Shown here piece after piece: positions 41,513-51,576 of a stretch of 64,000 nt of DNA. Position numbers and translations under genes: made by a program. Below the pieces are notes generated by a model. The model saw only the letters and a program-made list of their open reading frames with translations. It was not told the origin of the DNA and made no database searches. Source of the stretch: an uncultured Acidobacteriaceae bacterium (GTDB lineage Bacteria > Acidobacteriota > Terriglobia > Terriglobales > Acidobacteriaceae); contig CAWAMG010000004.1 in assembly GCA_963783065.1 (NCBI GenBank), positions 1,480,010 through 1,544,009 on the forward strand. The letters run 5' to 3'. How positions within the stretch are numbered: the stretch's first letter is position 1; every line of letters begins with the position of its first letter.

Positions 41513-42015
41513 ATCGGGAAAAGCGTATCCGCCGAACGCTGCATCGTCGTCATGCGTCCACGCCGTTGCAGCGGCGCGGCCGGAGCCGGCGCGGCAAGCT
41601 GCGTCGCAATCTCGCGAAGCCCCGCGCGCACCTGGCCAATTGTTGCCGCCACGCGATCGGCACGCTGACTGTTTTCTCCCACCGGCATCGGCAACGCGGT
41701 CTGCGGCTCCCGCTGCGGGTCCCGTCGCCGTCCGTGCTGAATCTGGCTCAGTGCCTGTCGCGCCCCGGCCAGCGTGTACCCCTCGGCATGGACGAGCCGC
41801 TTGATCTCAAGCACAAGCTCTACATCCCGCCGCCGATAGAGCCGCTGGCCCGTCCCGCTCTTGTTGGGTTTCAGTTGCGGAAACTCGGTCTCCCAAAACC
41901 TCAGAACATAGGTTTCAAGCGAGCAGATTTTGGCCACGTCGCCAATCTTGAAATAGAGACGGTTGGGGATAATCGTCTGGTCATCGGAGCGGTTCTGCGC
42001 AAGGTTCAAGGCCAT
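41509..42015 (-). CDS. MerR-family HTH transcriptional regulator
   Basis: YFKIGDVAKIC...YVLRFWETEFPQLKP.KSGTGQRLYRRRDVEL...EGYTLAGAR. Confidence 0.88.
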   Translation of the reverse strand: MALNLAQNRSDDQTIIPNRLYFKIGDVAKICSLETYVLRFWETEFPQLKPNKSGTGQRLYRRRDVELVLEIKRLVHAEGYTLAGARQALSQIQHGRRRDPQREPQTALPMPVGENSQRADRVAATIGQVRAGLREIATQLAAPAPAAPLQRRGRMTTMQRSADTLFPI

Positions 42016-42110
42016 GAGGAAGTCGAGCAGGTTCAACGCTCTTCTGGGAACCCCACTCTAAACCTGAGTATAGGCCACTTTCTGCACCATTAGTGAAGCA
42101 AAATCGACGC

Positions 42111-42201
42111 CCGTCCCACACTCCACACCCTACACCCCAGGCCCCAGACCCCAATCCCTTTATTCCACACCCTATATCCCATACCCTGGAGACCAGACCC
42201 C
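42111..42201. repeat. Thirteen consecutive degenerate C-rich heptamers
   Basis: ccgtccc acactcc acaccct acacccc aggcccc agacccc aatccct ttattcc acaccct atatccc ataccct ggagacc agacccc. Confidence 0.75.
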
Positions 42202-42224
42202 ACCCCGCCCCGGCGACTCGCGCG

Positions 42225-44249
42225 CTACTGCTTCTTCAGCACAGCCGTACCCTTCTCGTCGGCCAGAATCGTGCCCTCCAGCTTGCGATACTCGCCCGCA
42301 TCCTGCGCGGCGAGCTCTACCTTGCGCACCACGTAGTCTCGCTCGTAATGCAACTGATTGTCCTTTGCGGTGATCGTCGAGTGGTATGTGGCAAATCCAA
42401 CATCCAGGTCCACCGGATCGGGCGTCTCATCCACAACATATCCCGGCGGCAGTGCGATGTCGAAGCTGTCATGCCAATGCCCGGTCGCTTCCAGATCGAT
42501 CGGAACCTTCCTCGGCTTGTCGTTAAAGGGCCGCGCCAGCGATCCCACCACCCGCGGCCGCACCAGCAGCAGCGGTCCCGCCTGATGCGCATACTGTGCC
42601 GCCGTCATCTTGTAATGAATCTCGATCGGCTTGTCCAGCGCGGACGGCTGAACATATTCAAACGAGTTCAGCACCACCCCAGGAACATCGCGCGCCACTG
42701 ACGTCTCCAGTGCCTCGCGCCGCTCCTTATCGTCCGAGTACTTCAGTTCCATGCGCAGTTCGCCGCCCTCTGAACCATTGTGAATCGTATCCACTGACCC
42801 GCTCAGAGTCCCGTTGGCCGCCAGCGTGAATTTGCCTGTGCGGTCGTTCGAGTTTGCATCGGGCGGCAATACCGGCAGCTCGATCACCTGGCTCAAATCC
42901 CCCGCGGCAAGCGTCCCGTAACTCCCCTGTTCATATTCCGGAAGAATTCCCGCCGCCACTCGTTCATTCGTCGGATCGAAGATGAGGTAGCGCTTGCCGT
43001 CTTTTCCCTTCACAATCGCCTTCAGTCGCGCGTCTTGAACATCCGGGGGAACTTCAATTGCCGTGATCATGTGGTTTCCCGCCAGCGACGGTGCCTTCGG
43101 ATCTACCACTCCTCTTCGGTCATCCACCATCAGGTAGTACCCGTGAATCCCGGCCACCTGCAGCATCGAGATCAACAGCGTCGTCTTGTCCTTGCAATCG
43201 CCGTAGCGATTCCGATAGATATCTGCCGCGTGGTTCGCCTGATAGCCTCCAATTCCGCGCTCAACAATAAAGTACCGGATGTTCTTTTGGATCGATTCCG
43301 TGATCCGGCTCACCTTGGTATAGAAATCCGGCGCTCCCGCAATCAGCGACTGCACATCTGCCGTAATCTCCGGTGAAGGTGTCGGGCGGTCCGCTTCCAG
43401 CGTTGTCATCCATGCGCCGATCGCCTTCCATTGATTGTCGACACCATCCGCCGCCGAATCACCCCAATTCACCGCCATCCGAGCTTCAAGCGCTGCCCGC
43501 ACCGGATGAGACGGCACGTCTCTCAGATCCAGCCCCGGCATGTCCTTCACCTCCCACCGAAAGTGATTCGGCGCTACCTCCACAGCATCCACCGGCTTGT
43601 AGTTGTGCCACGATTGCCAGTGCTTGTCTCCTGGAGCCAGATCCACCTCAAGTGCCTGAAACACTACGGGACTCTCTTCCTGAATCCACCAGATCTTCTC
43701 CTGCATATAGGGATGCATCACCTCCTCTGACTCGCAGATGATCGTCGCCCCCACATCCGCCGCCGGAGGGTGAGCTACCTTCCACCTCCGCGTCATCAGC
43801 AGAATGGGAATGCCTGTCCCCCCTTGCTCCACGAAGTCTTTATCTTCGGACATGTACTCTTTCTCGTCCGCTGCAATCGTCCACACCCTGAAGTAGTTCA
43901 CCTTCTCATCCACGTCGTAGCTGACTACGCAGCCTTGTCCGCGTCCTTGCGGCTTCAGGATGCGGATCGCCTCACGCTCCCGCTCCACCGCGCGCCCCTT
44001 GCTGTCGATCGTCTCCAAATACTCGTCGTAGAGAACCACCGAAGCAGCATCCTTTGCGTACTCCGGCGTATGTGTCTTGTAGGCTTCTCTTCCCCAGTCC
44101 GGCACGGGCTGCTTCCCAAACATCCCGGCAAACCCCGGCCTGCAAGCAAGCAGAATCGCGGCGAAAACTATCCAACCCAGCCAACGGGTCCGAAACGCAT
44201 TCGTTTGTCTCATCGCTTTTCCCTTCGCTGGCCCCATCGCTTGCCCCAT
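42225..44249 (-). CDS. Secreted DUF3857/transglutaminase-like protein with an intact catalytic triad
   Basis: RYGDCKDKTTLLISML (Cys), GNHMITAI (His), IFDPT (Asp); signal peptide; last gene of a three-gene operon. Alternative start at 44213. Confidence 0.88.
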   Translation of the reverse strand: MGQAMGPAKGKAMRQTNAFRTRWLGWIVFAAILLACRPGFAGMFGKQPVPDWGREAYKTHTPEYAKDAASVVLYDEYLETIDSKGRAVEREREAIRILKPQGRGQGCVVSYDVDEKVNYFRVWTIAADEKEYMSEDKDFVEQGGTGIPILLMTRRWKVAHPPAADVGATIICESEEVMHPYMQEKIWWIQEESPVVFQALEVDLAPGDKHWQSWHNYKPVDAVEVAPNHFRWEVKDMPGLDLRDVPSHPVRAALEARMAVNWGDSAADGVDNQWKAIGAWMTTLEADRPTPSPEITADVQSLIAGAPDFYTKVSRITESIQKNIRYFIVERGIGGYQANHAADIYRNRYGDCKDKTTLLISMLQVAGIHGYYLMVDDRRGVVDPKAPSLAGNHMITAIEVPPDVQDARLKAIVKGKDGKRYLIFDPTNERVAAGILPEYEQGSYGTLAAGDLSQVIELPVLPPDANSNDRTGKFTLAANGTLSGSVDTIHNGSEGGELRMELKYSDDKERREALETSVARDVPGVVLNSFEYVQPSALDKPIEIHYKMTAAQYAHQAGPLLLVRPRVVGSLARPFNDKPRKVPIDLEATGHWHDSFDIALPPGYVVDETPDPVDLDVGFATYHSTITAKDNQLHYERDYVVRKVELAAQDAGEYRKLEGTILADEKGTAVLKKQ

Positions 44250-44251
44250 AC

Positions 44252-46294
44252 TCAGTTTCCTTTCGCCGCGGCCATTGCGCGGCTCAGCACAATCTGCTGC
44301 TGATCTGCTAACGCCACCTTCTGATAAAAATCATGGAGATCCGGATAATCCCTGGGGCCTAGCAGCGCAAAGTTATAAACCAGTGCCCGCACTACCTCAA
44401 CTGTGTTCCCCGTCGATTGGGATGTAATCTTAAACTCCGCATGCCCGCCCCATGTCGTTTCTGACGTCTTTGGCACGCTCTCGACGGTCAAGCCCTCCGG
44501 CAGATGATATGTCACTTCGTCCTGGACCATCTTGGCGTAGTGAACATCCACCGGCGTCGATCGTCTCTCCCGGGCCACAAAGGGATGCCGGGCCTGCGCT
44601 TCAAAGAACAATCCCGGCAGAAAGAAGCGCTTGCCCGTCGCCGTTGCCACGGTTCCTTGCAGTTTCACCACCGCAATCAGGTCAACGTTGTAGTCTTCGA
44701 GCGCCAGAAAGTGATCGAACTCCGCCCGCACCCCATCGGGAAACTCGCCCTGAATTGACTCGTTGAACTCCTTCTTCACCTCGCCCTCGTCGCTCTCCAG
44801 TGATGCCTGCCTCCAATGCAGCGCTTCCTGCCCCGACATGACAAATCGCGCAATTCCTTTCCCGTCTCCCGTTGGATCGATGGTCAAATCCGCCACTCGA
44901 TGCACAACCGTCGCCTTGTAGCTGAGCGCCGGCGTGATTACCCGCTCTGCCCCGCCATCGGTCAACACATATCCAGAAGCCAGCGAGTGCTTCCAGCTAA
45001 GAGTTCCGAACGGGCACATCTTTTCCCCAGGATCGAGGTACACTTCCTTGCCGTCAATCGTCACCTTTGCCACAATGTCATCCAGTTGCCGCAGCGAAAA
45101 GTAGTTGCTGTCAAAGATTGCTCGATTCCGGTCCACCACCTTTGCTGGCCAGGCGTTCAGCCCCGCCGCCCGTGCCAGCGCAACATAGAGCAGCGCAATC
45201 TCTTCAGCGGTGCCGCTCTTCTGTTTCCACACATCCTCCAGCGTCCTGACCTCTTTCAGATTCTCCTTCTTCCTCTCTTCGTGCGACTTCTCCCGGCTGA
45301 ATCGTGTATTGTCCAGCTTCTCCACCGCTTCGTAAATCTTCTCCGCCTTTTGAAGGTCCGAGTCGCCCGGCGCCACCAGTTCCGCTACGGCTTTCTTCAG
45401 GCCGCCTGTCGCCCTGATCGTCTCTGCCAAATCCTTGGCCCACAGTTTGATCGCTTCCGCCCAGAAATCCGACGCCGATCTCGCCGTCAGGTAGAACTCC
45501 ACTTTATATTTCAACGTGTTCAGCGGAGGCATCCAGTCCTCGTCCGGAAGCGGCGGGACATTCGTCAAATCCAGGGTGTAACGGTCAACCATGGGGTCAT
45601 GGCTCAACTTCACCCCTTCCGGAAGCCGCGTGCTCACTGTCATTCGATCGAGAGTCTCACCATGCCTGTCGTACATGCCCGGCATAAGTTCCATACGAAC
45701 GCTGAGGTGCTCTTTGTGGATGAAGTAGGGCAATTGCACCTCCCATCCTGGCTCGGAATCCTGGTAAAGCGGTGAGTCTACCTTCAGCCGATATTCCAGG
45801 ATGCTGCCCACCTCTACATCCGGCAGTGTGAACACCACCCTGTTCACTTGGATTGTCTTGTCCTTCACTTCCATCAGGTCCGATGGCTTGGCCATCAGCG
45901 GAACAACCTTCCCGTCTGCGTGGATTGTTCGCCCTTGAACGTCGATCACGCCATCCCGGAAATGCACATACGGAACCTGCACCGTTGCAAGGTCCTTGCC
46001 CTTTTCTGTAAGCACTTTGATCCGGCAATAAATCCTGACACCGTCCCTCGCGGAATCAGAAGTGACTTCCCGATACAGATAAACCGCCGGCGCACCAGGA
46101 GCCAGCGGGTCTGCCGTCATCTTCAGCTCATCCGCGGTCGGCTCCTGAAACTGCGCCTTCATCAGCCCCGGCCCAACGAGCACTCCCAGAAGCAGAACCG
46201 CCCGCACAACCCGGATCGCACGCAGCCATCGCGCCCGGCACACAAAGCCGCCCCCGGAATCTCTGTCTCCAGCTCCTCTGCTGGCATCCACCAT
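44252..46294 (-). CDS. Secreted DUF3857/transglutaminase-like protein, catalytic Cys absent
   Basis: QFQEPTADELKMTADP, GRTIHADG, VEVGSILEY; triad positions SGTAEE and LDDIV; ends KGN; ATG overlaps the upstream TGA. Confidence 0.85.
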   Translation of the reverse strand: MVDASRGAGDRDSGGGFVCRARWLRAIRVVRAVLLLGVLVGPGLMKAQFQEPTADELKMTADPLAPGAPAVYLYREVTSDSARDGVRIYCRIKVLTEKGKDLATVQVPYVHFRDGVIDVQGRTIHADGKVVPLMAKPSDLMEVKDKTIQVNRVVFTLPDVEVGSILEYRLKVDSPLYQDSEPGWEVQLPYFIHKEHLSVRMELMPGMYDRHGETLDRMTVSTRLPEGVKLSHDPMVDRYTLDLTNVPPLPDEDWMPPLNTLKYKVEFYLTARSASDFWAEAIKLWAKDLAETIRATGGLKKAVAELVAPGDSDLQKAEKIYEAVEKLDNTRFSREKSHEERKKENLKEVRTLEDVWKQKSGTAEEIALLYVALARAAGLNAWPAKVVDRNRAIFDSNYFSLRQLDDIVAKVTIDGKEVYLDPGEKMCPFGTLSWKHSLASGYVLTDGGAERVITPALSYKATVVHRVADLTIDPTGDGKGIARFVMSGQEALHWRQASLESDEGEVKKEFNESIQGEFPDGVRAEFDHFLALEDYNVDLIAVVKLQGTVATATGKRFFLPGLFFEAQARHPFVARERRSTPVDVHYAKMVQDEVTYHLPEGLTVESVPKTSETTWGGHAEFKITSQSTGNTVEVVRALVYNFALLGPRDYPDLHDFYQKVALADQQQIVLSRAMAAAKGN

Positions 46295-48300
46295 CAATTC
46301 CCCTTCGGCGCTTCCGTTGCGTGCAGCACCAGCTGCTGCTGATCCGCTGCCGCCACCTTCTGATAAAAATCGCGCAGTTGGCCGTATTCATCTGGCTCAA
46401 GAAAAGTAAACGCACGCGCCATCGACGTCATCACCGTCAAATCGTTCCCATTTGTCGTCGACTTCATCACAAAACTCGCAACGCCCGGCCACGGAACAGA
46501 TGCGGTCGGCCCCGTCGTCGTCTCCAATGCGAATCCTGCCGGCAAGTGGTAAAGAACTCCATCCTTCACCTGCATCGCATAGTGCATGTCCACAGGCTGT
46601 TGCCGGTTGGGCTGCTCAATGAACGCACTGTCCTCTCTCGTCGTGAAGAACGATCCCGGCAGCAGAATGCGCTTGCCCGTCGTTGCGCCCAGTGCTCCCT
46701 TCACCGTTGCGGTGGCATTCAGGTCGGCATTCGGTTTGTCGAGATTTGAGAATCCTGTCAAGTGCGATTCCATCCCCGCGGGAACCTGCGTCTTGAGCCA
46801 CTCATCAAAATCTTTCTTCAGCCTGTCGTCATCCTCGCGCAGCGTCTTCTGCCGCCAAAACAGCGCGTCCTGCCCGGTCATGGCAAACTTCAGGGTTCCG
46901 GTCACCTGGCCGTCCGCGCTCAGTGTCAGCTCGGCGCGCCGGATAACCGCGTTGGCGGTATAGGGCAACAGCGGCGTCGCCCACGGAGCAAATCCCTTAC
47001 CCTGCTGTCGCACTCCGCCCGCTCCAGAGTGCGTCCAGCTGACCATCTGAAAGGGACACATCTTCTCCGCCGGGTCAAGCACAATTTCCTGCCCGCCCGT
47101 GCTCAGAATCACCACCGTGTCGTTCAATTGATGCCATTGCAGGTAATCCGGGGTATAGATTCCGGACTCGCGGTCGACCACCTTCATCGGATAGGCCGTC
47201 AGTCCGGCCCCATGGAGCAAAGCGAGATACAGTAGCGCCAGGTCTTCACCGCTTCCGCTCCTCTGTGCCCACGTATCCTCCGCGCGCTTCGCCGCCTTCA
47301 GGCCTTCCTTCTTCAGTTCTGCCTCGCCCTTCTTGCGCGTGAAATCCGTATTCTCCAGCCCCTGCACAGCCTCGTACAGCTTTTTGGCCTTGTCCAGCTC
47401 GCTGTCGCCCGGCGCTACCACGCTTGCTGCTGCTGACTTGATACTGCCCGACACTTCGGCAAAATGGTCCACATCCTTGAGCCAGTAACCCGCTTCCGAA
47501 GTCCAGTACTGAGCGGGCGAGTTCCCCGGCGAATAGTAGAACCGCACCTCGTACCGCTGGCTCTCAAGTGGTGGCGCCCACTTCTCCTGTGGCAACGGCG
47601 GAATATCGCTCAACTCCAGCTTGAACCGCTTCGATGCGTCCGGCTTGATTGACGCTCCGCCCGGCAGGTGCACGTATTCTCGAAGATCCGTGAGGGATTG
47701 CCCATGCTCGTTAGTAATCCACTGGAACGTCCTCCCAGGCTCAGTGCTAAGCATGTCGGGAAACGGGGCAAAGGAATACTTGGCCTTCCGCACCGGATAC
47801 GGCCCTTGTATCTCCCAGAACGGAGACGAAAACCAATGTTCTCCGTAACGGACCTGGTAGTAGTACTCAAGAATGCTTCCCACTTCCACGCTTGGCAGGT
47901 TGAATGTCACCTGGCGAAATTCCGCTTCTCCCTGTTTCGCTCTCATCAGGTCGGCTGGCTTCATATCGAGCGGAATCACGGTGCCATCTGCGTGTATGGT
48001 CCGTCCCGACACGGCATCGACAGTGGAGATTGACCCGAAGTAACCAAGACTGACCGTTGCGAGTTCCTTGGCCTTCTCACTAAGAATCTTCACCCGCATG
48101 TATTTGCTGTGGTAATGCAGCGTGTCGTCTGTCTTCTCTTCCTGGTTCAGAATCACCGCGGTGGCATCCGGATACTTCGGGTCTGCCGTCATCTTCAGCT
48201 CCTCATCAGTAGGCTGCTGCGGATACTGTCCAAACATCAGTGCCGGAAACACGAACATGCCAGTAAGAATCGAAACACCCACGAACGCGCGGATACGCAT
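46294..48300 (-). CDS. Secreted DUF3857/transglutaminase-like protein, catalytic Cys absent
   Basis: QYPQQPTDEELKMTADP, GRTIHADG, VEVGSILEY; triad positions SGSGED and LNDTV; ends KGN; GGAGGAG RBS before ATG 48300. Confidence 0.85.
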   Translation of the reverse strand: MRIRAFVGVSILTGMFVFPALMFGQYPQQPTDEELKMTADPKYPDATAVILNQEEKTDDTLHYHSKYMRVKILSEKAKELATVSLGYFGSISTVDAVSGRTIHADGTVIPLDMKPADLMRAKQGEAEFRQVTFNLPSVEVGSILEYYYQVRYGEHWFSSPFWEIQGPYPVRKAKYSFAPFPDMLSTEPGRTFQWITNEHGQSLTDLREYVHLPGGASIKPDASKRFKLELSDIPPLPQEKWAPPLESQRYEVRFYYSPGNSPAQYWTSEAGYWLKDVDHFAEVSGSIKSAAASVVAPGDSELDKAKKLYEAVQGLENTDFTRKKGEAELKKEGLKAAKRAEDTWAQRSGSGEDLALLYLALLHGAGLTAYPMKVVDRESGIYTPDYLQWHQLNDTVVILSTGGQEIVLDPAEKMCPFQMVSWTHSGAGGVRQQGKGFAPWATPLLPYTANAVIRRAELTLSADGQVTGTLKFAMTGQDALFWRQKTLREDDDRLKKDFDEWLKTQVPAGMESHLTGFSNLDKPNADLNATATVKGALGATTGKRILLPGSFFTTREDSAFIEQPNRQQPVDMHYAMQVKDGVLYHLPAGFALETTTGPTASVPWPGVASFVMKSTTNGNDLTVMTSMARAFTFLEPDEYGQLRDFYQKVAAADQQQLVLHATEAPKGN

Positions 48301-48559
48301 AACTTCTCCTCCGCCGGAAAGTTGCAATCAATCTAGTCCGGCGACCACTTTTCACTTGTATTTTGCAACACCACAGTTTCATCCCATTTCAGACACTTGG
48401 CAAGGACCGAGTTCGACCAAACCGCCAAGCGTGAAGAATCAGTAAATTGGCGCTTCCAATAGTCACCTCGCCATTGATTCCTGAGTAAACAACGCCGCGC
48501 CTCCGCTTCCTCTATTGCCTCTTTCCCGCCCTTGGCCCTACCGTATACACTCCCCGCAA

Positions 48560-49612
48560 ATGATCCGGCCCCGCAAAACCCGCCTCTGCCGCCTCGCCGT
48601 CGCCCCGATCCTGGCCCTCGCGACTATCCTTGGCCTTCCCGCCTCCGCCCAGCTCGCCAGCCCCCTCCTCATCTACGCCATCGACGTTGAGGGCGGCCAG
48701 TCCACGCTCATCGTCTCGCCTTTGGGCAATTCGCTCCTCGTCGACACCGGCTGGCCCACACCCGATGCCCGCGATGCCAAGCGCATCCAGGCCGCCATGC
48801 GCGACGCCGGCATCTCCCGTCTCGACCACGTCTTCATCACCCACTTCCACGTCGATCACGTCGGCGGCGTCCCCAACCTTGTCGCTTCCGGCGTCCCTGT
48901 CGGCGAATTCCTCGATCACGGCCCCAACCGCGAAGACTCTGACATCACCCGCCACGACTTCGCCGCTTACCTCAAGGCCATCGGAACCACCCCCCGCCGC
49001 ATAGTCCACCCTGGAGACACCATCGACCTTCCTGGCCTCAAAACCATCGTCCTCACCGCCGACGGCGAACACATCGCCGCCATTCCCGGCATCAAGCCTG
49101 AGCCCAACCCCCTCTGCGCCACCGAGCCCCACTGGGACCTCGACGAAACCGAAAATCCCCGCTCCGCCGGCTTCCTGCTCACCTACGGCAACTTCCGCTT
49201 CCTCGATCTCGGCGACCTCACCAAGGCCAAAGAAATTCCCCTCGTCTGCCCCGCCAACCTCATCGGCACAGTCGATCTCTATCTCGTCAATCACCACGGC
49301 TTCAACCTGTCCAACTCCCGCGCCTTCGTCCACGCCATCCAACCGCGTGTCGCCATCATGGACAACGGTGCCCACAAGGCCGGAAGCCCTGAGGCCTGGC
49401 AGACCATCCACGAGAGCCCTGGCCTTGAAGATCTCTGGATGCTCCACACCGCCGAAGGCTCTGACGCCGCCCACAACAGCCCCGACCCGCTCATTGCCAA
49501 TCTCAAAGGCACCCCCGACGGCGCTTACCTCAAAGTCGCCGCCAACCCCGATGGCAGCTTCTCCGTCTTCAACTCACGCACCGGCCAAACAAAGTCCTAC
49601 CCGCGTAAGTAA
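48560..49612 (+). CDS. Secreted MBL-fold metallohydrolase (ComEC/Rec2-like domain)
   Basis: IDVEGGQSTLIV, LLVDTG, ITHFHVDHVGG (HxHxDH), LGDLT, VNHHG. Confidence 0.88.
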   Translation: MIRPRKTRLCRLAVAPILALATILGLPASAQLASPLLIYAIDVEGGQSTLIVSPLGNSLLVDTGWPTPDARDAKRIQAAMRDAGISRLDHVFITHFHVDHVGGVPNLVASGVPVGEFLDHGPNREDSDITRHDFAAYLKAIGTTPRRIVHPGDTIDLPGLKTIVLTADGEHIAAIPGIKPEPNPLCATEPHWDLDETENPRSAGFLLTYGNFRFLDLGDLTKAKEIPLVCPANLIGTVDLYLVNHHGFNLSNSRAFVHAIQPRVAIMDNGAHKAGSPEAWQTIHESPGLEDLWMLHTAEGSDAAHNSPDPLIANLKGTPDGAYLKVAANPDGSFSVFNSRTGQTKSYPRK

Positions 49613-49637
49613 TCTCGAATGTCGATATATTCACCTC

Positions 49638-50582
49638 ATGGACCGTCTCCCCAACGGTAGGAATCATCATCGTCCTCCGCAATTGATTGCACCCACCCGC
49701 GCCGCCATCCGCATTCCATGTCTGGCAATTTCTCTGCTCCTCCTATTTGCCTGTTCAAGACTTGGCGCCCAGGCCGGTCCTCCATTTCAAACCGACGACC
49801 CTACCCCCGTCGATCTCGGTCATTACGAGTTCTACATCTTCAGCACATTTGACGGCACGCCTGCCGAGTCCGACCCGACCGGACCCGCATTCGAATTCAA
49901 CTGGGGCGCTATCCCCAACATTCAGCTCCACGCTATCCTGCCCTTCGGTGCAGTCGTGCCATCCAACAACCCCATCTACGCTCCCGGAGGAACAGGTCCG
50001 AGCGCCTTTGGCCTTACGGATATGGAGCTGGGTTTCAAATACAACTTCATCAAGCAAACCAACCACCGCCCGGCGATCGGCAGCTTCACCATGTTCGAAA
50101 TCCCCACCGGCAGTTACAGCAAAGGCCTTGGTGTCGGTAAGGTCTGGTACAAGCTGCCCCTCTGGGCTGAGAAGGAATTCGGATCCTGGAGCCTGGTCGG
50201 TGGACTCGGCTACACCGTCGTCCCGCAGACCGGCTATCGCAATTACCTTTACGGCGGCTATCTGATGAAGAAGACCGTCAATGAGCGCCTCGAGCTTTCA
50301 GCCGAGGTGTTTTCCCACGCCAGGGAAGGGTTTGCCACCGCGCAAACTCAGGCCTCAACCCTGATCGATGCAGGCGGCTACTACCACTTCAAGTCTCCCG
50401 GCCTCCAGTTGCTTTTCGCCTACGGCCACTCCATCGCCGGACAGACAGAGAACTACGCTTATCTCGGCCTCTATAAAACCTGGGGCAAAAACAAAGACGC
50501 TCACGCGGACAACAAATCCGTGAACGATGCAATGCTTTCGGCGCGGCCGCCGGCCCCTATCATGGCTGAGGGAAGTCAATAA
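49638..50582 (+). CDS. Putative outer-membrane beta-barrel protein (GPPFQTDDP family)
   Basis: Signal peptide, AGPPFQTDDPTPVD, alternating amphipathic strands (FGLTDMELGFKY, YKLPLWAEK, QLLFAYGHS, YAYLGLY). Confidence 0.6.
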   Translation: MDRLPNGRNHHRPPQLIAPTRAAIRIPCLAISLLLLFACSRLGAQAGPPFQTDDPTPVDLGHYEFYIFSTFDGTPAESDPTGPAFEFNWGAIPNIQLHAILPFGAVVPSNNPIYAPGGTGPSAFGLTDMELGFKYNFIKQTNHRPAIGSFTMFEIPTGSYSKGLGVGKVWYKLPLWAEKEFGSWSLVGGLGYTVVPQTGYRNYLYGGYLMKKTVNERLELSAEVFSHAREGFATAQTQASTLIDAGGYYHFKSPGLQLLFAYGHSIAGQTENYAYLGLYKTWGKNKDAHADNKSVNDAMLSARPPAPIMAEGSQ

Positions 50583-50659
50583 CAACCTGGAATGCCGTGC
50601 CGCGCGCCGGTGCGCGGCATCTCATCCTCTCGCAACGCGTCCGGCAACGGAGATCCGCA

Positions 50660-51232
50660 ATGGAAATCACCACCCGAGGCCTTTGGACTCTAATTCATGG
50701 CATGGGGTTTGGCGCGCTCTACCTGCTCGCTTTTTCCGGTGCGTCGGTCGAGCTCTACCGCCTCACTTCCCCATCCCCTCCGTCTCCACTCACGCCGAAT
50801 CAGACGCGATTTCTAAATGTTTACCTCGCTGCGATGGTAGTGCTGGCCTGGGCCGCTGTATTCACCGGAGCTTATGTCATCTATCCTTGGTACCGCGCCG
50901 TGCCGTCGGCTGGCACGGTCAACCTCTCCCTGTTTCCGCAGCATCTGCTCATGGCGAACCCCGCCACCATCGGTTGGCACTCCCTGGGCATGGAGTGGAA
51001 GGAACACGTCGCCTGGTTCGCTCCCATCTCGATCACCATGGTCGCGTTTGTCTTCAGGCGCTACGGGCGCGATCTAGGCAATCACGCGCAGCTCCGCGCC
51101 GCCGTCCTGGTCTTTGCCACTGCCTCCTTTGTCGCAGCCGGCATCGCCGGCTTCTTCGGAGCCATGCTCAACAAAAACGCCCCCGTGCAGGGTGGCCCCG
51201 CCATTCAATTGACCCGCGGAGGAGAACAATGA
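50660..51232 (+). CDS. Uncharacterised four-TM membrane protein with His residues
   Basis: LIHGMGFG, WHSLGMEWKEHVAW; GGAG RBS before ATG 50660; stop overlaps the next ATG (ATGA). Confidence 0.75.
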   Translation: MEITTRGLWTLIHGMGFGALYLLAFSGASVELYRLTSPSPPSPLTPNQTRFLNVYLAAMVVLAWAAVFTGAYVIYPWYRAVPSAGTVNLSLFPQHLLMANPATIGWHSLGMEWKEHVAWFAPISITMVAFVFRRYGRDLGNHAQLRAAVLVFATASFVAAGIAGFFGAMLNKNAPVQGGPAIQLTRGGEQ

Positions 51233-51576
51233 GCCTATGCCCGCCTGCGGCTCCCAACACTCCTCCGCCGCTCACCAATGGCTCTGGCGCAGCCGCGATC
51301 CTTTCCGCAGGCATCGGCTCCTTCGTCTTGGCGGTCCTGGCGATCGCCGCAGATCAAGCGAAGGCCATTGAGGCCGCAATGAACTTCTCCAAGCCCACCG
51401 GCGCACTCTCTGGCGTCACCACGGTTGCACTTCTCTTCTGGCTGGTCGTTTGGGGGCTTCTCGATCTGCGCTGGCGGAAGAAAACGATAGCGCTCAAGCA
51501 GACTTGCATCATCGCGTTCGTTCTGCTCGCCCTCAGCTTCTTGTTGACCTTTCCACCGGTCGCAGATCTCTTCTAG
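51229..51576 (+). CDS. Uncharacterised three-TM membrane protein
   Basis: TNGSGAAAILSAGIGSFVLAVL...KPTGALSGVTT...LLTFPPVADLF; GGAGGAG RBS; translationally coupled to the upstream gene. Confidence 0.75.
   Translation: MSLCPPAAPNTPPPLTNGSGAAAILSAGIGSFVLAVLAIAADQAKAIEAAMNFSKPTGALSGVTTVALLFWLVVWGLLDLRWRKKTIALKQTCIIAFVLLALSFLLTFPPVADLF

Noticed and set aside
36354-48300. Integrative element bounded by tRNA att sites
   Set aside because: I found no integrase and no distal copy of the tRNA 3' end by eye; the copies are all adjacent with identical flanks.
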